A stretch of DNA of 63,373 nucleotides, the filler included, from Reclinomonas americana ATCC 50394 (taxonomy: Eukaryota), in assembly GCA_048213135.1 (NCBI GenBank). It is 36 parts of 36 records of this genome, joined end to end, with 100 filler letters (N's around TTAATTAATTAA, not from the genome) between each part and the next. Parts side by side here need not be neighbours in the genome. Positions count along the whole stretch, not along the records: positions 39,055 to 40,741 come from AFZH01025303.1; positions 40,842 to 42,533 come from AFZH01025304.1; positions 42,634 to 44,325 come from AFZH01025305.1; positions 44,426 to 46,116 come from AFZH01025306.1; positions 46,217 to 47,907 come from AFZH01025307.1; positions 48,008 to 49,097 come from AFZH01025308.1; positions 49,198 to 50,886 come from AFZH01025310.1; positions 50,987 to 52,674 come from AFZH01025312.1; 28 more parts are not named here. One strand, written 5' to 3'. The notes under the pieces are model-generated. The model did not search any database. It was not told the origin of the DNA and saw only the letters and a program-made list of their open reading frames with translations. A program made the position numbers and the translations under genes. Shown piece after piece: positions 39,055-52,015 of this stretch (position 1 is its first letter; the number at the start of each line of letters is the position of its first letter).

Positions 39055-40741
39055 TGGTGGTGGCGGAGGCGGTATCGACGATGTGGCGGGCGACGGCGTG
39101 GTGGCCAGCGGCGCTGCAAACATGGCGTGTGCAGGCAGCAGCGGCGACGGGTGCAGATGGCTCGGCGGCGGCATTGTGACGGGCATTGCGGACGTCACCG
39201 ACGACGTGTGCGGCATCCAACCGCCGGCAGCATTGCTGTTGTAGCTCGGGACAATGGTTGGCGACATAGAGTCAAGTGCCATGGGAAAGCCATACGGATA
39301 TGGCGATGGCGCCCCGTAGCCAGCCGGAGCCGGCAGCATGGACAGCGGAATCGACAGAGGTGTTGGCGGCGGAGGTGGCGGCGGAGGTGGAGGTGGAGGT
39401 GGAGGCGGGGCAACGACGGGCGCCGACGCGGCTACAGCAGGGGTGCGGGTGGGCCGCGCGGCATGCGTGCCGTTGCGCGCAGCATATGCTGCACCAGCAG
39501 ACTCGGTCGAATGCGGTTGAGGCAGCTGGTAGAATGCGACGGGGACACTCTTGCTGTTGCCCGTCGACGGGTGTGGAGCCGGCGGTGGTTCGGGCGGTGG
39601 CACAGGCGCAATATCAGGCGTGGTGTCCTCCAGCCACCACATGCACAAGATGCAGATGCCCAAGTCGCTGTCGAGTCGCTGGCACAAGCACACGGTCTTG
39701 CGGTAGCGCGAGGCACGACTGTCACGCTTGCCTTGGGTGGGGTCGTTTTCGTTGGTGGCCGCCGTGACCTCACTCCGCACCTGCTTGCCGTGGGTGGTGC
39801 CGGCCGCCTGGCGGATCGTGTCCTCCACCACCTGGCCAAACAGGCGCACTCCGCCGTACAGAAGCACATCGGATGGCGAGAAGGCCTTGCGGCAGGCCAC
39901 ATTCTGGTAGATCACATGACCACTCAGTCCGTGCTGCAGAATGACGTGCGGCTTGTCGCCGTACTTGTTCTGCACCATCACCGGCGGCGGCGCCGATGCA
40001 GTACGCCGCGAGCGCGGTGCCCGCTTCGACTTCATTCCAGCGGTTGTCGCACGCAGCGGCAAACGCGGTGGGGCTGCCGTGGGCGAGTCGGACCACAGAC
40101 GATCGTCGCACTGCACCAGAGCCATGTACAAGCTCGCTTTGCTGTGTTGCTGCTCCGCCACACGACACACCTCCAACAGTCGGCGCATTGCCTGCACGAG
40201 AGAGAGGAGGGAGAGTGAGGAGTGTCAGCAACAGCAGAGAGATTGACTTGTCTGCTGAGATCGGTGCGAACCTGTACATTGCGCTCGGGAGTTGTTGTCG
40301 TTGTCGACGTGGCTGCTGCTGGTGTCGCACGAGCTGTCGGTGGGTTGGAGGCATGCAGCGGACTGGCGAGCAGCTGCTCATCAGCACCATCAATGCCACC
40401 GTCTTCGTTGTCGCTCCTCCACATGATTGACGAGCCACTGCCTGCACTGCCGGTACTGTGATGCCGAGGCTGCTGCGTTCGTAGTCCACTGACCAGCGGC
40501 AACGGTGGACCCATGACCGAGTGTGAAGCTGCTTGCATGTGCGCCACCATGCCGGGCGGATGGCTCACACGTCCCATCGCCTTTGGTGCGCCACTAGTGG
40601 TGAAGTCGTGGAACTGCACATCGGCTTTCGACACGTTGGCGCGCTTGTACGGCGGCTGCACCGACGCATCAGGCAGGACATTTGCCGCGTCGAACTCGGT
40701 GGAGCTCCGATGGCCTCGGAGTAGCTGCAGTCGCGTGGCAA
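39055..40741 (-). CDS. Unknown Pro/Gln-rich protein with a possible PAS-like domain
   Basis: KPHVILQHGLSGHVIYQNVACRKAF...terminal beta strands ICILCMWWLED, flanked by low-complexity tails. Confidence 0.4.
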
Positions 40742-40899
40742 NNNNNNNNNNNNNNNNNNNNNNNNNNNNNNNNNNNNNNNNNNNNTTAATTAATTAANNN
40801 NNNNNNNNNNNNNNNNNNNNNNNNNNNNNNNNNNNNNNNNNCCTCTCCCTCCCTCCCTCCCTCTCTCTCTCTCCCCTACTCTCTCCCCTACTCTCTCCC

Positions 40900-42030
40900 A
40901 ATCCGCACCAATCAGAACGTGTCGCAAAAGCAGCGACATCTCGTCGAGGATGCCAGAGGCGTCCTTCCAAAAATCCTCCTTGACAATGACCATCTCGCCG
41001 AGCGGTGAGGCCTTGAGTGCCTCGCGTGTTGTGAGCACAGCCTTGATCTCTGCGATGGCCACAGTGAATATAGAGGGGAAAAGATTCTCAGCACAGAGGA
41101 TAGCCGCACGAAACTTGCCACATCCTCCGTAACAGCAAAGGCCACTCGCCGGTTGCCTCTGCTGACGTCCTCCTGAGTCTCCGAGGGTACGACGCCCTTG
41201 GTGCCGTGACGCGCGATGAAGTCGAAGCGGCGCGGAGACACGGTGGTCGAGTGACTGACAATCGCCGAGGATTGGCTCGTCACGACAGCTGGTGCAGTGG
41301 CGGTGAAAACGCCTTGTCCATCGGGGCGCTTTGGTGGCGGCTTGGTGGTCTTTGTTCGCAGGCCCTTGATCTCAATGTCGGCCGTGAGGACCGTGGCATT
41401 GGGCAGAGCAAACGCCAGATCCTGCGCATGGTTCAAGAATGAGTGAGGACAAGCTGCGCAGGGCAACACGTCGCTGTAAGAACCTCTTCATCGGCCAGCA
41501 AGCAGCCAATCATCTCGTAGCTGTCGACAGTGCCGGGAATCAGGGCCACCACGGGAATGAAATCGGTGTCGTCACCGTACGGTTGCTCCTGCATTCCCAC
41601 GTGGTAAGAAACAGGATCGCCGATGTCGCATGCGATGAAGAAACCAACCTCATTCATGAACCGCAAGACACACTCGGAAAACTGAATGTGTCGCTCGGCC
41701 GTGCGTCGGAACTCGAGCAAACTGATGAAGCCGTCCTTCGAGGTGCGGTCGACGCGTCTGCAGGTCAACGAAAGTGAGCTTCGGCTCTGGTCAACGATTA
41801 ACAATACTGGTGTCTCTCAACTGCACGAGCAGGCGCTGCAGGAGCACGTGCGGTTCCACCACGGCCGACTTCCACGCCTTCCACGAGGCATTGCGTTCCA
41901 ACTCCATCTTTTCGGCGTCCACGTCGATGGCACTCTGCGGGCCGTTCACCAGCATCTTGGCGAAGCGTGTGCCGCCGTAGTGGTCCTTCAGATGTTGAAA
42001 GAAGCCCTGTGCGCGAGAAATGTGGTGAGG
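40900..42030 (-). mobile_element. Degenerate hAT (DUF659-like) transposase-derived sequence
   Basis: Ordered motifs FFQHLKDH, FFIACDIG, VVALIPGTVDSY, LPCAACPHSFLNHAQDL, IVKEDFWKDASGIL; two apparent frameshifts at T/C runs. Confidence 0.45.
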
Positions 42031-42068
42031 ACGATGAGAGAAGGGGGAAGAGGAGAGGAAAGAGAGGG

Positions 42069-42101
<33 letters not shown>

Positions 42102-42464
42102 ACAAAGAGAAAACAGAGAGAAAAAGAGGAAAGAGAGGAGACAGAGAAGACAGAGAAGACAGAGGAGACAGAGGAGACAGAGAGAGGGAGAGCGAGCAAG
42201 AGAGGGAAGAGAGAGAGGGGGGAAGAGAGGGAAGAGAGAGAGAGGTGGAAGACGGACTGGAAAGCACCAGACGGCAGGAAAATGAGACAGAGAGGGGTGA
42301 GAGGGAATGAACGCTAAAGAGAGAATCAGTGAAGGAAGAAAGGGATTGAGGTAGCAATGTAAAGGGGTCACGAAGAGAATGGGAAGCAGGGAGGTGAGAA
42401 TATAACAGACATCAAGACGAAACACGTAACAAGAACAGAAGGAGTCGAGATGGGAGAGAGAGCG

Positions 42465-42529
<65 letters not shown>

Positions 42530-42633
42530 GAGANNNNNNNNNNNNNNNNNNNNNNNNNNNNNNNNNNNNNNNNNNNNTTAATTAATTAANNNNNNNNNNN
42601 NNNNNNNNNNNNNNNNNNNNNNNNNNNNNNNNN

Positions 42634-42714
<81 letters not shown>

Positions 42715-42763
42715 GTCAGTCACACGCACACACACCAACACTGCGCGCGTGGCACACACGGAA

Positions 42764-42924
42764 CTGCCTGGCAGTGTCAGCTCCAACAGTGTCGAGTTTC
42801 CAATGCGCGGAAGCAGATCGCCGATCCAGTGTGCATTGTTGCTGCTGCTAGAAGTGACTGCGTGAGTGCTGACAGTGAGCACAAGCAGCAGAGCAAAGGC
42901 TGCAGTCCATCTCAAGCAGCACAT
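42764..42924 (-). CDS. Secreted PI-PLC X-domain (PLC-like phosphodiesterase) protein, first exon
   Basis: Signal peptide, then HWIGDLLPRIGNSTLLELTLPG (the WM...L..l.lPGtH motif), then a donor. Confidence 0.65.
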
Positions 42925-43765
42925 GACAAAGTAGGCTTGATCATCCCGTCGATTGGCAGTCCAACTTTGCGGACTCAGTGAAGACACATGCGTGGGCTCG
43001 TTCTGCAGCCGACAGAAAGATCTACCGAGTGCTCTTCGCGGATTCGCGAGGCGACCTTCGACTGGGGAGAACAACGAGTCTAAAGTCGAACAAGCGGTTT
43101 TCGACAACGCAAAATGGAATGTGTTTAAATTTGTTGTCGTCGTGCCGACACCTTTGAGTGAAGCACGGAGGTCGCGCCGAGGGTCACCTGAAAGGCCAAT
43201 CGCTGGGCTACTGTGTAAATTCAGAAAAAGTGGCGCAAGTGTTCTCTGAAGACCAGGGCGAGTGCAGACATTTGGTGAGAGTTGCATTTCTCGAGCTCGC
43301 ACTTCGCGACAAAGTCGATCTATCGTGAGATGGGCGAAGGGCGAGTGGGGCACGTGCGAGGAGGGTCCCTCCCTCCGTGCATGCGCAGACTGCCGCTCGC
43401 TGTTGACGATCGTGCCTTGCGTTGGCAACTTCGCAGCGATCGCGATCGCGACGTCGATATTCGATATCGCGATCGGAAAGGCAGCTTGGTGGTCGCATCT
43501 CACAGAGTAAGGGAGGCCGCAGAAATAAGTAGTCTTTGGCTCCTGCCAACTGTCCTCGGAGTCGATCTGCAAAGCTGCGACGTCGATCGATCGCGACAGA
43601 TTGAACCGATATCCCATGATATGAGCTCGAGGTGAGATCGCGGATTAAGTGCCTCGCACTCCACTGTAGCACGTCGACAGCATCGGTGGAGCCACGTGCA
43701 TGCACAAGAGACAGAACTTCACGATCATCTCGTCCTGCCTCTCTGACGTCACCTCTCTCTCTCAC

Positions 43766-44206
43766 ATGGCCGACGACAAGCGCTCCACTGACCGCAAGTC
43801 CTCTGCGGCCGCCAACTTTGGTCGCCGCACATGGGATCGTGAAGAGTGGGCGAACAAGTCAGTCGGTGAGAGAGATATAAAGGGGGGGAGAGGGAGAGTC
43901 AAAGTTGAACTCACTCACTCTCGTCTTTGCTTGTGTGTGTATGTAGACACTGACCGCGATCGTGAGGCTGAGGATGCCGAGGCGCGGAGAGCGGGAAAAG
44001 TTGCGAATGAGTGAGAAACAGAGAGAGAGAGATCGTGTGTGTGTGTGTGAGAGAGAGAGAGAGACAGGAGCTGAGACAAGGTTAGAAGAATGGGGAGAGA
44101 TCAAACCACATGCACACACTCCCTCGCACACATGCGCACACAAACACACACGCACACACACACACACGCACACGTACTCACTCACTCACTCTCTCTCTCT
44201 CTCACA

Positions 44207-44240
<34 letters not shown>

Positions 44241-44280
44241 GGTCCACCACGGCGTTGTTCCCGAGCGCAAGTGGCTCAAG
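43766..44280 (+). CDS. ZMAT2: U4/U6.U5 tri-snRNP factor ZMAT2/Snu23, N-terminal exons
   Basis: ANFGRRTWDREEWA resembles the FRRKWDKDEY motif; third exon VVPERKWLK. Confidence 0.65.
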
Positions 44281-45133
44281 GTGAGCTCCCCCCTGCGTCT
44301 GTTCCCTCCTCCTCCTCATCGTCGGNNNNNNNNNNNNNNNNNNNNNNNNNNNNNNNNNNNNNNNNNNNNTTAATTAATTAANNNNNNNNNNNNNNNNNNN
44401 NNNNNNNNNNNNNNNNNNNNNNNNNCGACGACGAGACGACGACGAGAGAGGAGGAGGGGGGGGGGGGGAAGGAGAGGTGAGCAGTTGAATATCGAGAGAT
44501 TTCTTCTCACCCGCACAGACAGACTTAATACGGTGCATTTTCTCTCTTCTCAAGCTGAATGCTTTCAGCTAAATGCCTCTCTCATCCTCGTGTCCCTCTC
44601 GCCAGCAATTATATACACACAGGCAGGACAACTTTCTGTGCCACGTCTCCCTCATCACACAAATACGCCAGACGATAGAGAGCAAGTGTCATTTCCTAGT
44701 GTTGGACGCTCCCAGTCATTTTCCCTCTTTCCCTCACGTCTCTCTCCAGCAATCACACACACACGCACAGGCTGGACAACTTTCTGTGCCACTTCCGCGT
44801 GCTCTCCACAGACTCTACACAAATAATTCATCTCCCTTACAAACACAAACACGCCAGACGATAGAGAGCAAGTGCCCACATCCCTCTTTCCTTCGTGTCT
44901 CTCTCTAGCAAACATACGCACGCACTGGCCAGACTAGTTTTCCTTGCCACTCTTCCCTTTTCCTCCCACTCCCCCTTTCCTATATCCCCCTTTTCATCCT
45001 CATGCACACTTTGTTTTCCTCCCTCTCCCTCACCCATCCCCTTCCGTTTCCCCCACTCCTCTCTCTCTTCCTCACCCATCCCTTTCCTCCCTCCCCCCTT
45101 CCACCCCTTTCCCTAATATCCCCTTCTACATAC

Positions 45134-46065
45134 CCTTTGGCGGCTTGACACCAATGTTGGAGAAGAGCACGGGGTGACGCAGCGGCAACTCGACAATCTC
45201 GCGAATCTTGATCAGCGCCTGTCCGACACCGCCCAAGTCGTCGTAGCCAACCTCGTCCGTCCTCTCCGCCTCGTCACGATCCACCGGCTCGCCGTCGGTG
45301 AAGATCTCCGTGTCGGATGTGACAATGCCAAAGGGCTCCGGATCGAGCTGTGTTGTTGCCTTGTGTACAGCAACTTCTCCGCGAATGCCTGAAGAGAAAC
45401 GCACCTTGACGACCACAAACTCGACGGGGTGCATCGCACCGCGGCAGACGATAATGTCGCCCACATGCGCCGGGCGGAAGTTGTCTTGGAAGTACGGCTT
45501 GAGGTACGCATCGAACAGGTCGCCAGAGATGCCCTCCACAGTGTCAGCTATAAAAAAGAGGTCATTACACAAAAGAAGTAAAGAGCATCCAAGGAGCAGC
45601 GCATGCACGTACCAATCGGCAACACGTGAATCATCTTGGCGTTGGGCGCCTCGGGTTCGCACTTCTTGAGCGAGATGACATCTACACAAGACAACACACA
45701 CACACACACAACAACCCAAATGAGCATTCCTCGCTCACCAACAACACAAAACTAGAGCACAAGCCACGCACCAGACAGCTTCACTGCCAAGTTGATGCGG
45801 GTGACCTGGCGTGGACAACTGTGAGCGCAACACCCTCACAAAGAATGTGCACTTTTACACACGCACCTTGTCCAAGAGGATTTTGCCGGGCTCCACATCA
45901 CGCGAGGTGAGAATGACGACCAGTGTCTGTCGGCGACGCTTGCCCGTCAACAGCGCATGATCACTAAAGAGAAAGAGAAAGAGTGAGTTGTGCGTGTGTG
46001 TGTGATGAACATGGCACACTTTGGTAAAGACGCACCCGCGGAACAAGCCGAGCTCGTTGAAGGTC
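45134..46065 (-). CDS. CDC48: Cdc48/p97 AAA ATPase N-domain and start of D1, divergent
   Basis: [73 protein letters not shown]. Confidence 0.9.
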
Positions 46066-46710
46066 CTGTGTGTGTGTGTGTGTGCAAAGGGCGTGTGAGC
46101 GTGTGCGTGGGAGAGANNNNNNNNNNNNNNNNNNNNNNNNNNNNNNNNNNNNNNNNNNNNTTAATTAATTAANNNNNNNNNNNNNNNNNNNNNNNNNNNN
46201 NNNNNNNNNNNNNNNNCCATGATCAACATCATCCATCGCGCAACTTGAATGCATCCAGCGCAGCCTGATCACGCGCAAGTGCACGCACCTGCGCCACAAA
46301 CTCGCCGATCCGCTGCATGCATGCGCCTCCAGGTTGACTGGGCACAATTTATTTTCCGAGTGAATGAACGACGCGACCGATGGACCCACAAGCGACGGAC
46401 GTCGATCGGGGCTGGTGTGCACCCGCGCTGGTGCGCGTGCGCGGCTTTTCTTAACAAGAATGTCCATCCTGGTTTTTTAAAGAATGATGATCGAGTACTT
46501 TCCCTCTGTGCTCTCGGGGGTCAAACTTCGAGGGTGCAATGGGATCAGGCGTGCTCACATGGACTGAAAATGCCAAGTACCGTCTGACTCTCAAAAAACC
46601 CACGTCGATGGACTCGTTCTTGTTCACTTTGCAAGCGGAGGGAAAAATACGAAGCAACAACAACGAAGACGACGACGACATGCGCTGGTCTGTTGCGTGG
46701 CTTAGCTCGC

Positions 46711-47894
46711 TCACATGGTGAGGGTGATCTTGCCGATGACAGAGCCTGCACATGCATGGGGGAGGATGAGGCAGATTGCCGCAACACAGTCTGTGCAAGC
46801 CAGCAGCGAGTGCTCACCCGACTCTTGCAACTCGTGCGCGCGGATGAGGTTCTCCAGGGTGAACGGCAAGTCGACAGTGTTAATGTGCCTCTCGTACTGG
46901 CCGGATTCCAGGCGCATGGCCACGTCGGCCAGAATGCGACCCTGGCGCTCCGGCTCGGTGTTGGTTGCCGAGCGAGCAAACATGGCCTCGAAGGCGAACC
47001 GGAGGCGCTTGCCGAAGAACTTGCCGAGGTCAAGGTTATCCTTTGGCGGCAAGATCGACAGCAGTGTGCCGACCGGGCGGAGGGCGGTGCCGTACTCGAT
47101 AAATCGCTCATTGTTCCAGTCGACGGCTGCGCCAACGAAGTAAGAAAATAGCTGAACGTACGACGGACACGCCGGCATGGTACGCACCGTTGTAAATCAC
47201 GTCGACGCCATCAGCCATGCCGATGCGAGCCAACTCGGCCGCCAGCGGCAACTTGTGGTTGATCACGTGGTCGGCACCCAGTCGCCTGCAGATGGACCGA
47301 TGAATCAGGCACACACCCTACTTGTCAAAGCAAAGGGTGGCAAAACACTCCGCAACTGGACCCACTCGATCGACTCGGGACGCGAGGCCGACGCAATCAC
47401 CGTCATACCGAGCACCTTCTTGGCCAGCTGAATCACAAACGTACCAGTGCCGCCGGCTCCCGGCACCACCAGCAGACGCTTATGCGCTGCAGTGATCGGC
47501 GTCAGGCCGGCAGTCTCCAGCAGCGCCTCTTGGCCAGTCAAAGCCACCAACGGGTATGCAGCAGCCTGCGCGACAGGCACACATAAGAGGTGAAAAAACA
47601 GGTCTGTAATGAGTAGGCGTGAGCAGCAATGGCGTCCCGAACCTCAGCATGCGAGAGACCACGCGGCTTGATGGCCACGATGCGCTCGTCGATGGCGACG
47701 AACTCAGCACTGTCGGAACAAAGTCTCGTGAGTCACTGCTGTGCGCAGCGGCAGTGAGCAGGAGCGACACTGTGAACGCAACTTAGTGCCGTACTTGCGA
47801 GTGATGTCGCCGGCAAAGAACACCTCGTCGCCAACATTGAAGCCGAGAGCACACGCTTTGCCAACATGCTCGATCACACCGCTGCCATCGAAAC
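46711..47894 (-). CDS. Zinc-type alcohol dehydrogenase-like/quinone oxidoreductase (MDR) protein, 5' partial
   Basis: FDGSGVIE.VG, VGDEVFFAGDITR..GTNAEFVAIDERIVAIKP, GAGGTGTFVIQLAK, LGADHVINHK, AHELQESGSVIGKI; TGA stop. Confidence 0.9.
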
Positions 47895-49198
47895 TGTGTA
47901 ATTGAGTNNNNNNNNNNNNNNNNNNNNNNNNNNNNNNNNNNNNNNNNNNNNTTAATTAATTAANNNNNNNNNNNNNNNNNNNNNNNNNNNNNNNNNNNNN
48001 NNNNNNNGGGGAGGGGAGCAAAAGTGAATCGCGATGGCGCGTGTGCGAGGGGGGAAACAGTAAGTCAGCGAGTGAGCGTGAGTGTGTGAGTGCGAAAGAG
48101 AGCGAGAGAGTGTGCGTGAGAAGAGTGAGCGAGAGTGTGTCCGAGAGAGAGAAGATACGCCCACACTCGTGTCCACTCTCAATGCTCATCCAACCTCACC
48201 TCCCACCCTCTTCATGCATCAGCAGCCCCTCGTTGCGGCGTCAACGCCCTCCGACCCGCAGAGCGCCGCGCGCAAACGAATGTCGTAACGGTCGGATGCA
48301 CGTGCACAACTCCACGCTGCTCGTCACTGATTAAGAGTGACTCTCTCTCTCTCTCTCTCACACACAAACACTCCCTCGCTCTCTCGCACTGCCACGCACA
48401 GACACGCTGCCACGGCATCGCACCATCAACAACGCGATGTTATGTGTCACACCCTCGTCCCAGGACAAAGTGGCGACAGTCCACTGCTATGCGCCGTTGT
48501 GTGAGAGAGAATGCGAGAGCGCTCGGTGTGCCTGGCAGTCATTGCCGAGCACGTGGAGACTCTGTCTCAAGGTACGTTGGTGTGGAGTCGGGAAGTGATT
48601 GAAGAAAGAGAAAGAGAGAGAGAGAGGAAAAGAATGTGACACCGGCAGGAGGTGGGCGCCGGGCTGGCGAGAGAGTGTGGTTTAAGTGGGCGTGTGTGTG
48701 TGTTTGTGTGTGCATGGATGAGTGTTTGAGGAGGGAGAGAGAACGAGAGAACAATGAGCGAGTCGGCGTCCTTTGCGTGAGTGCGAGAGCACAATGTTCC
48801 GCGTGCTCATCAGCGCGTCTCGCGCAGTCAGAGAGACAGGCACTGCCACGCTGCGTTGATGGAAAGAGTGCGTGTGTGTGTGCGAGAGAGAAGGGATGGA
48901 GAGTAAGAGCTGAGTCAAGAAGAGAGAACGACGCATTCGATTGCTCTGACAGAAAGAGAGTGGGAGAGAGAGAGAGACGGAGGGGAGAGGGAGAGAGACG
49001 GAGAGAGAGAGAGACAGACGGAGAGAGGGAGAGAGGGAGAGAGACGGAGGGGAGAGGGAGAGAGAGAGAGGAGGTGTATTAAGTAAGCGTGGAGGACNNN
49101 NNNNNNNNNNNNNNNNNNNNNNNNNNNNNNNNNNNNNNNNNTTAATTAATTAANNNNNNNNNNNNNNNNNNNNNNNNNNNNNNNNNNNNNNNNNNNNT

Positions 49199-50886
49199 GT
49201 CGATGTTCCAGCAGACGATTTCACGCTGCGAGTGTGGGACTTCTGCTCGGAGCTTGCCGGCGAGATGATGCAACACTCGTTGACGTCTGTTCGACAGGGT
49301 AGACTCGAGGTAATGTGTGCCGAAATCAGTCGTGTGTCGAACTGCGGGTGAATGCTGTCGAGCTCTCCACTGAGTCGTACGTGCGGGCGGATATCATCTT
49401 TCATGACTTTATGGTTGTCCGTGTCGCTCTTTAGCTCTTTCTGGTTCAGCTGCAAGGCAGCAACTGCTACTTCTTTCACTCTACAGCAGTTCGTATCCAT
49501 GTCTTCGAATCTGCAAGCCCTCCTACTCGTTCTCCGTCTCCACCAATCGTCTCACACCCTCTCCTGACTATGTGTTGCCGGTTGCAGCGCACACAGCGAG
49601 CCGCGGCAGAACAACATGTTTGGGCCAAGTGGTTCGATCGGGACGACGCACTGCAGAACTCGCTCGTGCGCGCAGTTGCGTCGTTGCCGTCTCGAATTGG
49701 CCACTTGTTCTCTCTGTGTTGAAGGGTTGAGGTTGCGCAGGCTCTCCTGAAGTGGAGTCGGCTGGGAGCGTCACAGCAGCGTGTGGAGTTCATACACAAG
49801 TCAGTGCTGGAGTACTTTGCTGCGCAGTCGTGGCTTGCCGATGTGCATTTGCTGGCGAACGAAGCAGCCGAGTTGGAGGTGAGCGTTGTGCAGTGTATTT
49901 GTTTTTCTTCGCTAGCGCTCGTGTTACGTTGCGTGATGGTCGTCATCTCCTACAACGCAGGAGCGAATTCATAGAGTGTGCTGCAGCTTTAGCGGTCAGC
50001 GGGCACTGCTCACCTCCGACGAGGTGAGACTTGCTGCCCAGTAACTACGCAAGTGCGCTCGTTCGGTCAATGAGCTTACTCTCTCCCCCCTGATACGCTG
50101 TCATTAACAGGCTCTCAACTCGATACTCTCGTTCGTGGCCGAGCAGGTGCAAGCCGAGTCGTCACTCCAGGGCATGTTGTGGAGTGCCATTGCGCTCTCT
50201 CGCACAGACGAAAGAGTTGCGGCAGTGGCGTCGAGTGCGGCGAGTGCACTGTGTCTCGCGGAGGTACCCTTCAGTGGACGAGACTTGTCGGGTGTGCGAG
50301 TGCGGGGGGCGGATTTGAGGGATGCGGTGATGCACAAAACGGTGTGGCGCGAGGCGGACTTGCGAGCGGTGAATATGTGCATGGCTTTTGCGAGGGAGGC
50401 AGATTTCCGAGGCGCAGACGTGACGGGCGTTCAGTGGCCGAGAAAACCGATGACGGGACACGAGGATGGGGTGAAGGCGGTTGCCGTCACGCCCGACGGC
50501 CTGCACATCGTGAGTGCAAGTCAGGACAGCACGCTGCGGGTGTGGTCACTGGCGAATGGAGCCACAGTGCGTCGGCTGGAAGGACACACCGGAATGGTGC
50601 ATGCAGTTGCCGTCACTCCCGATGGTCAACACATTGTCAGCGGGGGTGAAGACGGCATCGTGCGCGTGTGGTCTTTGACAGAGGGAGCAGCAGTGCGACG
50701 GCTCGCGGGGCACACGTTGGCGGTGACTTCTGTCGCCGTCAATCCCGATGGTCCGTATGTTATCAGTGGGAGTGACGATGAGACCGTGCGAGTGTGGTCG
50801 CTGGAGAGTGGCGCAGAAGTGCGGCGGCTGGAGGCGCGCACTGGCGTGTTGTCTGTAGCCATCACTCCCGACGGTCAACATATCGT
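49199..50886 (+). CDS. NLR-like protein (NACHT-associated C-terminal region, pentapeptide repeats, WD40 repeats), copy 1, partial
   Basis: EFIHKSVLEYFAA; SILSFVAEQVQ...ALSRTDERVAAVASSAASALCLAEVPFSGRDLSGVRVRGADL; near-identical GH..V.AVAVTPDG.HIVS...D.T.RVW repeats. Confidence 0.85.
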
Positions 50887-51694
50887 NNNNNNNNNNNNNN
50901 NNNNNNNNNNNNNNNNNNNNNNNNNNNNNNTTAATTAATTAANNNNNNNNNNNNNNNNNNNNNNNNNNNNNNNNNNNNNNNNNNNNGCCTTGCTCTGAGA
51001 CGTCCCGCATCCCTCGCCAGGCTGCAGCCAGCACCCCACACAGCATACAGCAGTATGAGAGCAATGTGGCTTCGTTGATGCGTGTGGGCTTCGAAGACCG
51101 ACATGGGACTTGTCGATCCCATGGGAAATCGGCAGAATGGACAAGCAGGGTGGCGACACAAGGTGGCGCTCCATTGCATCGCGCTGCTGTCCAGCGACAC
51201 TCTCTTTCGACTGACCTGCATTATCTCTCAACGAGGACTGGCATGTCGGTCTGCTTGGATGTGCAGCTGATGCCACGGCATTTTCCCGAGAACCCATTGA
51301 GCGGCGAGTCTGCGAAACCTCAAGCCTCATTGGATCGGCCCACAGCGAGGTTGATGATGGTACGACGAAGAAGGGGAGTCACAGGGAACAGGAGAGGAGC
51401 GACCAGTACAGTAGCACGTGCACAGCGATGGACGAGGCAGCTGCGTCGTGAGGCTCGCCTCCTCTCACCCAGATCACAATCAATGCCTCGTGCCTTCAAT
51501 CATACTCACAGAGGTCGGTGCATTGTCTCATGCATGCACTGTGTGGCACGGAACCACGTGTCTTCGCATGCCAGTGACGAGTCACTTGCCAGCACGCCTG
51601 TCACACAGAATTGAGTTAGTCAATCCGCAAGTCTCACCAACTTACTCCTCAACGCAGATGCAGAACACGTACGCACCAGGCCACGCACACGCCA

Positions 51695-52015
51695 GCAGTC
51701 TCCCATGGCCATCACCATCATTACTTGGCGGCGACAGCAGCAACCAAGAAGCGCACATCATCGATCCGCTCTGACTTGCCAACCGGGATCGAGAACGATC
51801 CACCGACCAGGCCACCCATCGGGAAACACGACACGCATGAGTCCACCCATGAGTAGATTGCCGAGCATGCGTCTGCAGTCTTCCATGGCCACCAGCATCA
51901 TCACTCGACAGAGACGGCGGCAGCCAAGGTGCGCACATCATCGATCCGCTCCGACTTGCCTGCCGGGATTGAAAACGATCCACCGACCAGGCCATCCATC
52001 GCACATCACGACACG
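51695..52015 (+). repeat. Two 180-bp tandem copies, possibly coding (RTSSIRSDLP.GIENDPPTRP)
   Basis: GCGCACATCATCGATCCGCT at ~51751 and ~51931; several differences are synonymous in one frame. Confidence 0.55.

Noticed and set aside
48008..49097. Possible gene on this contig
   Set aside because: No recognisable exon chain; mostly simple repeats.
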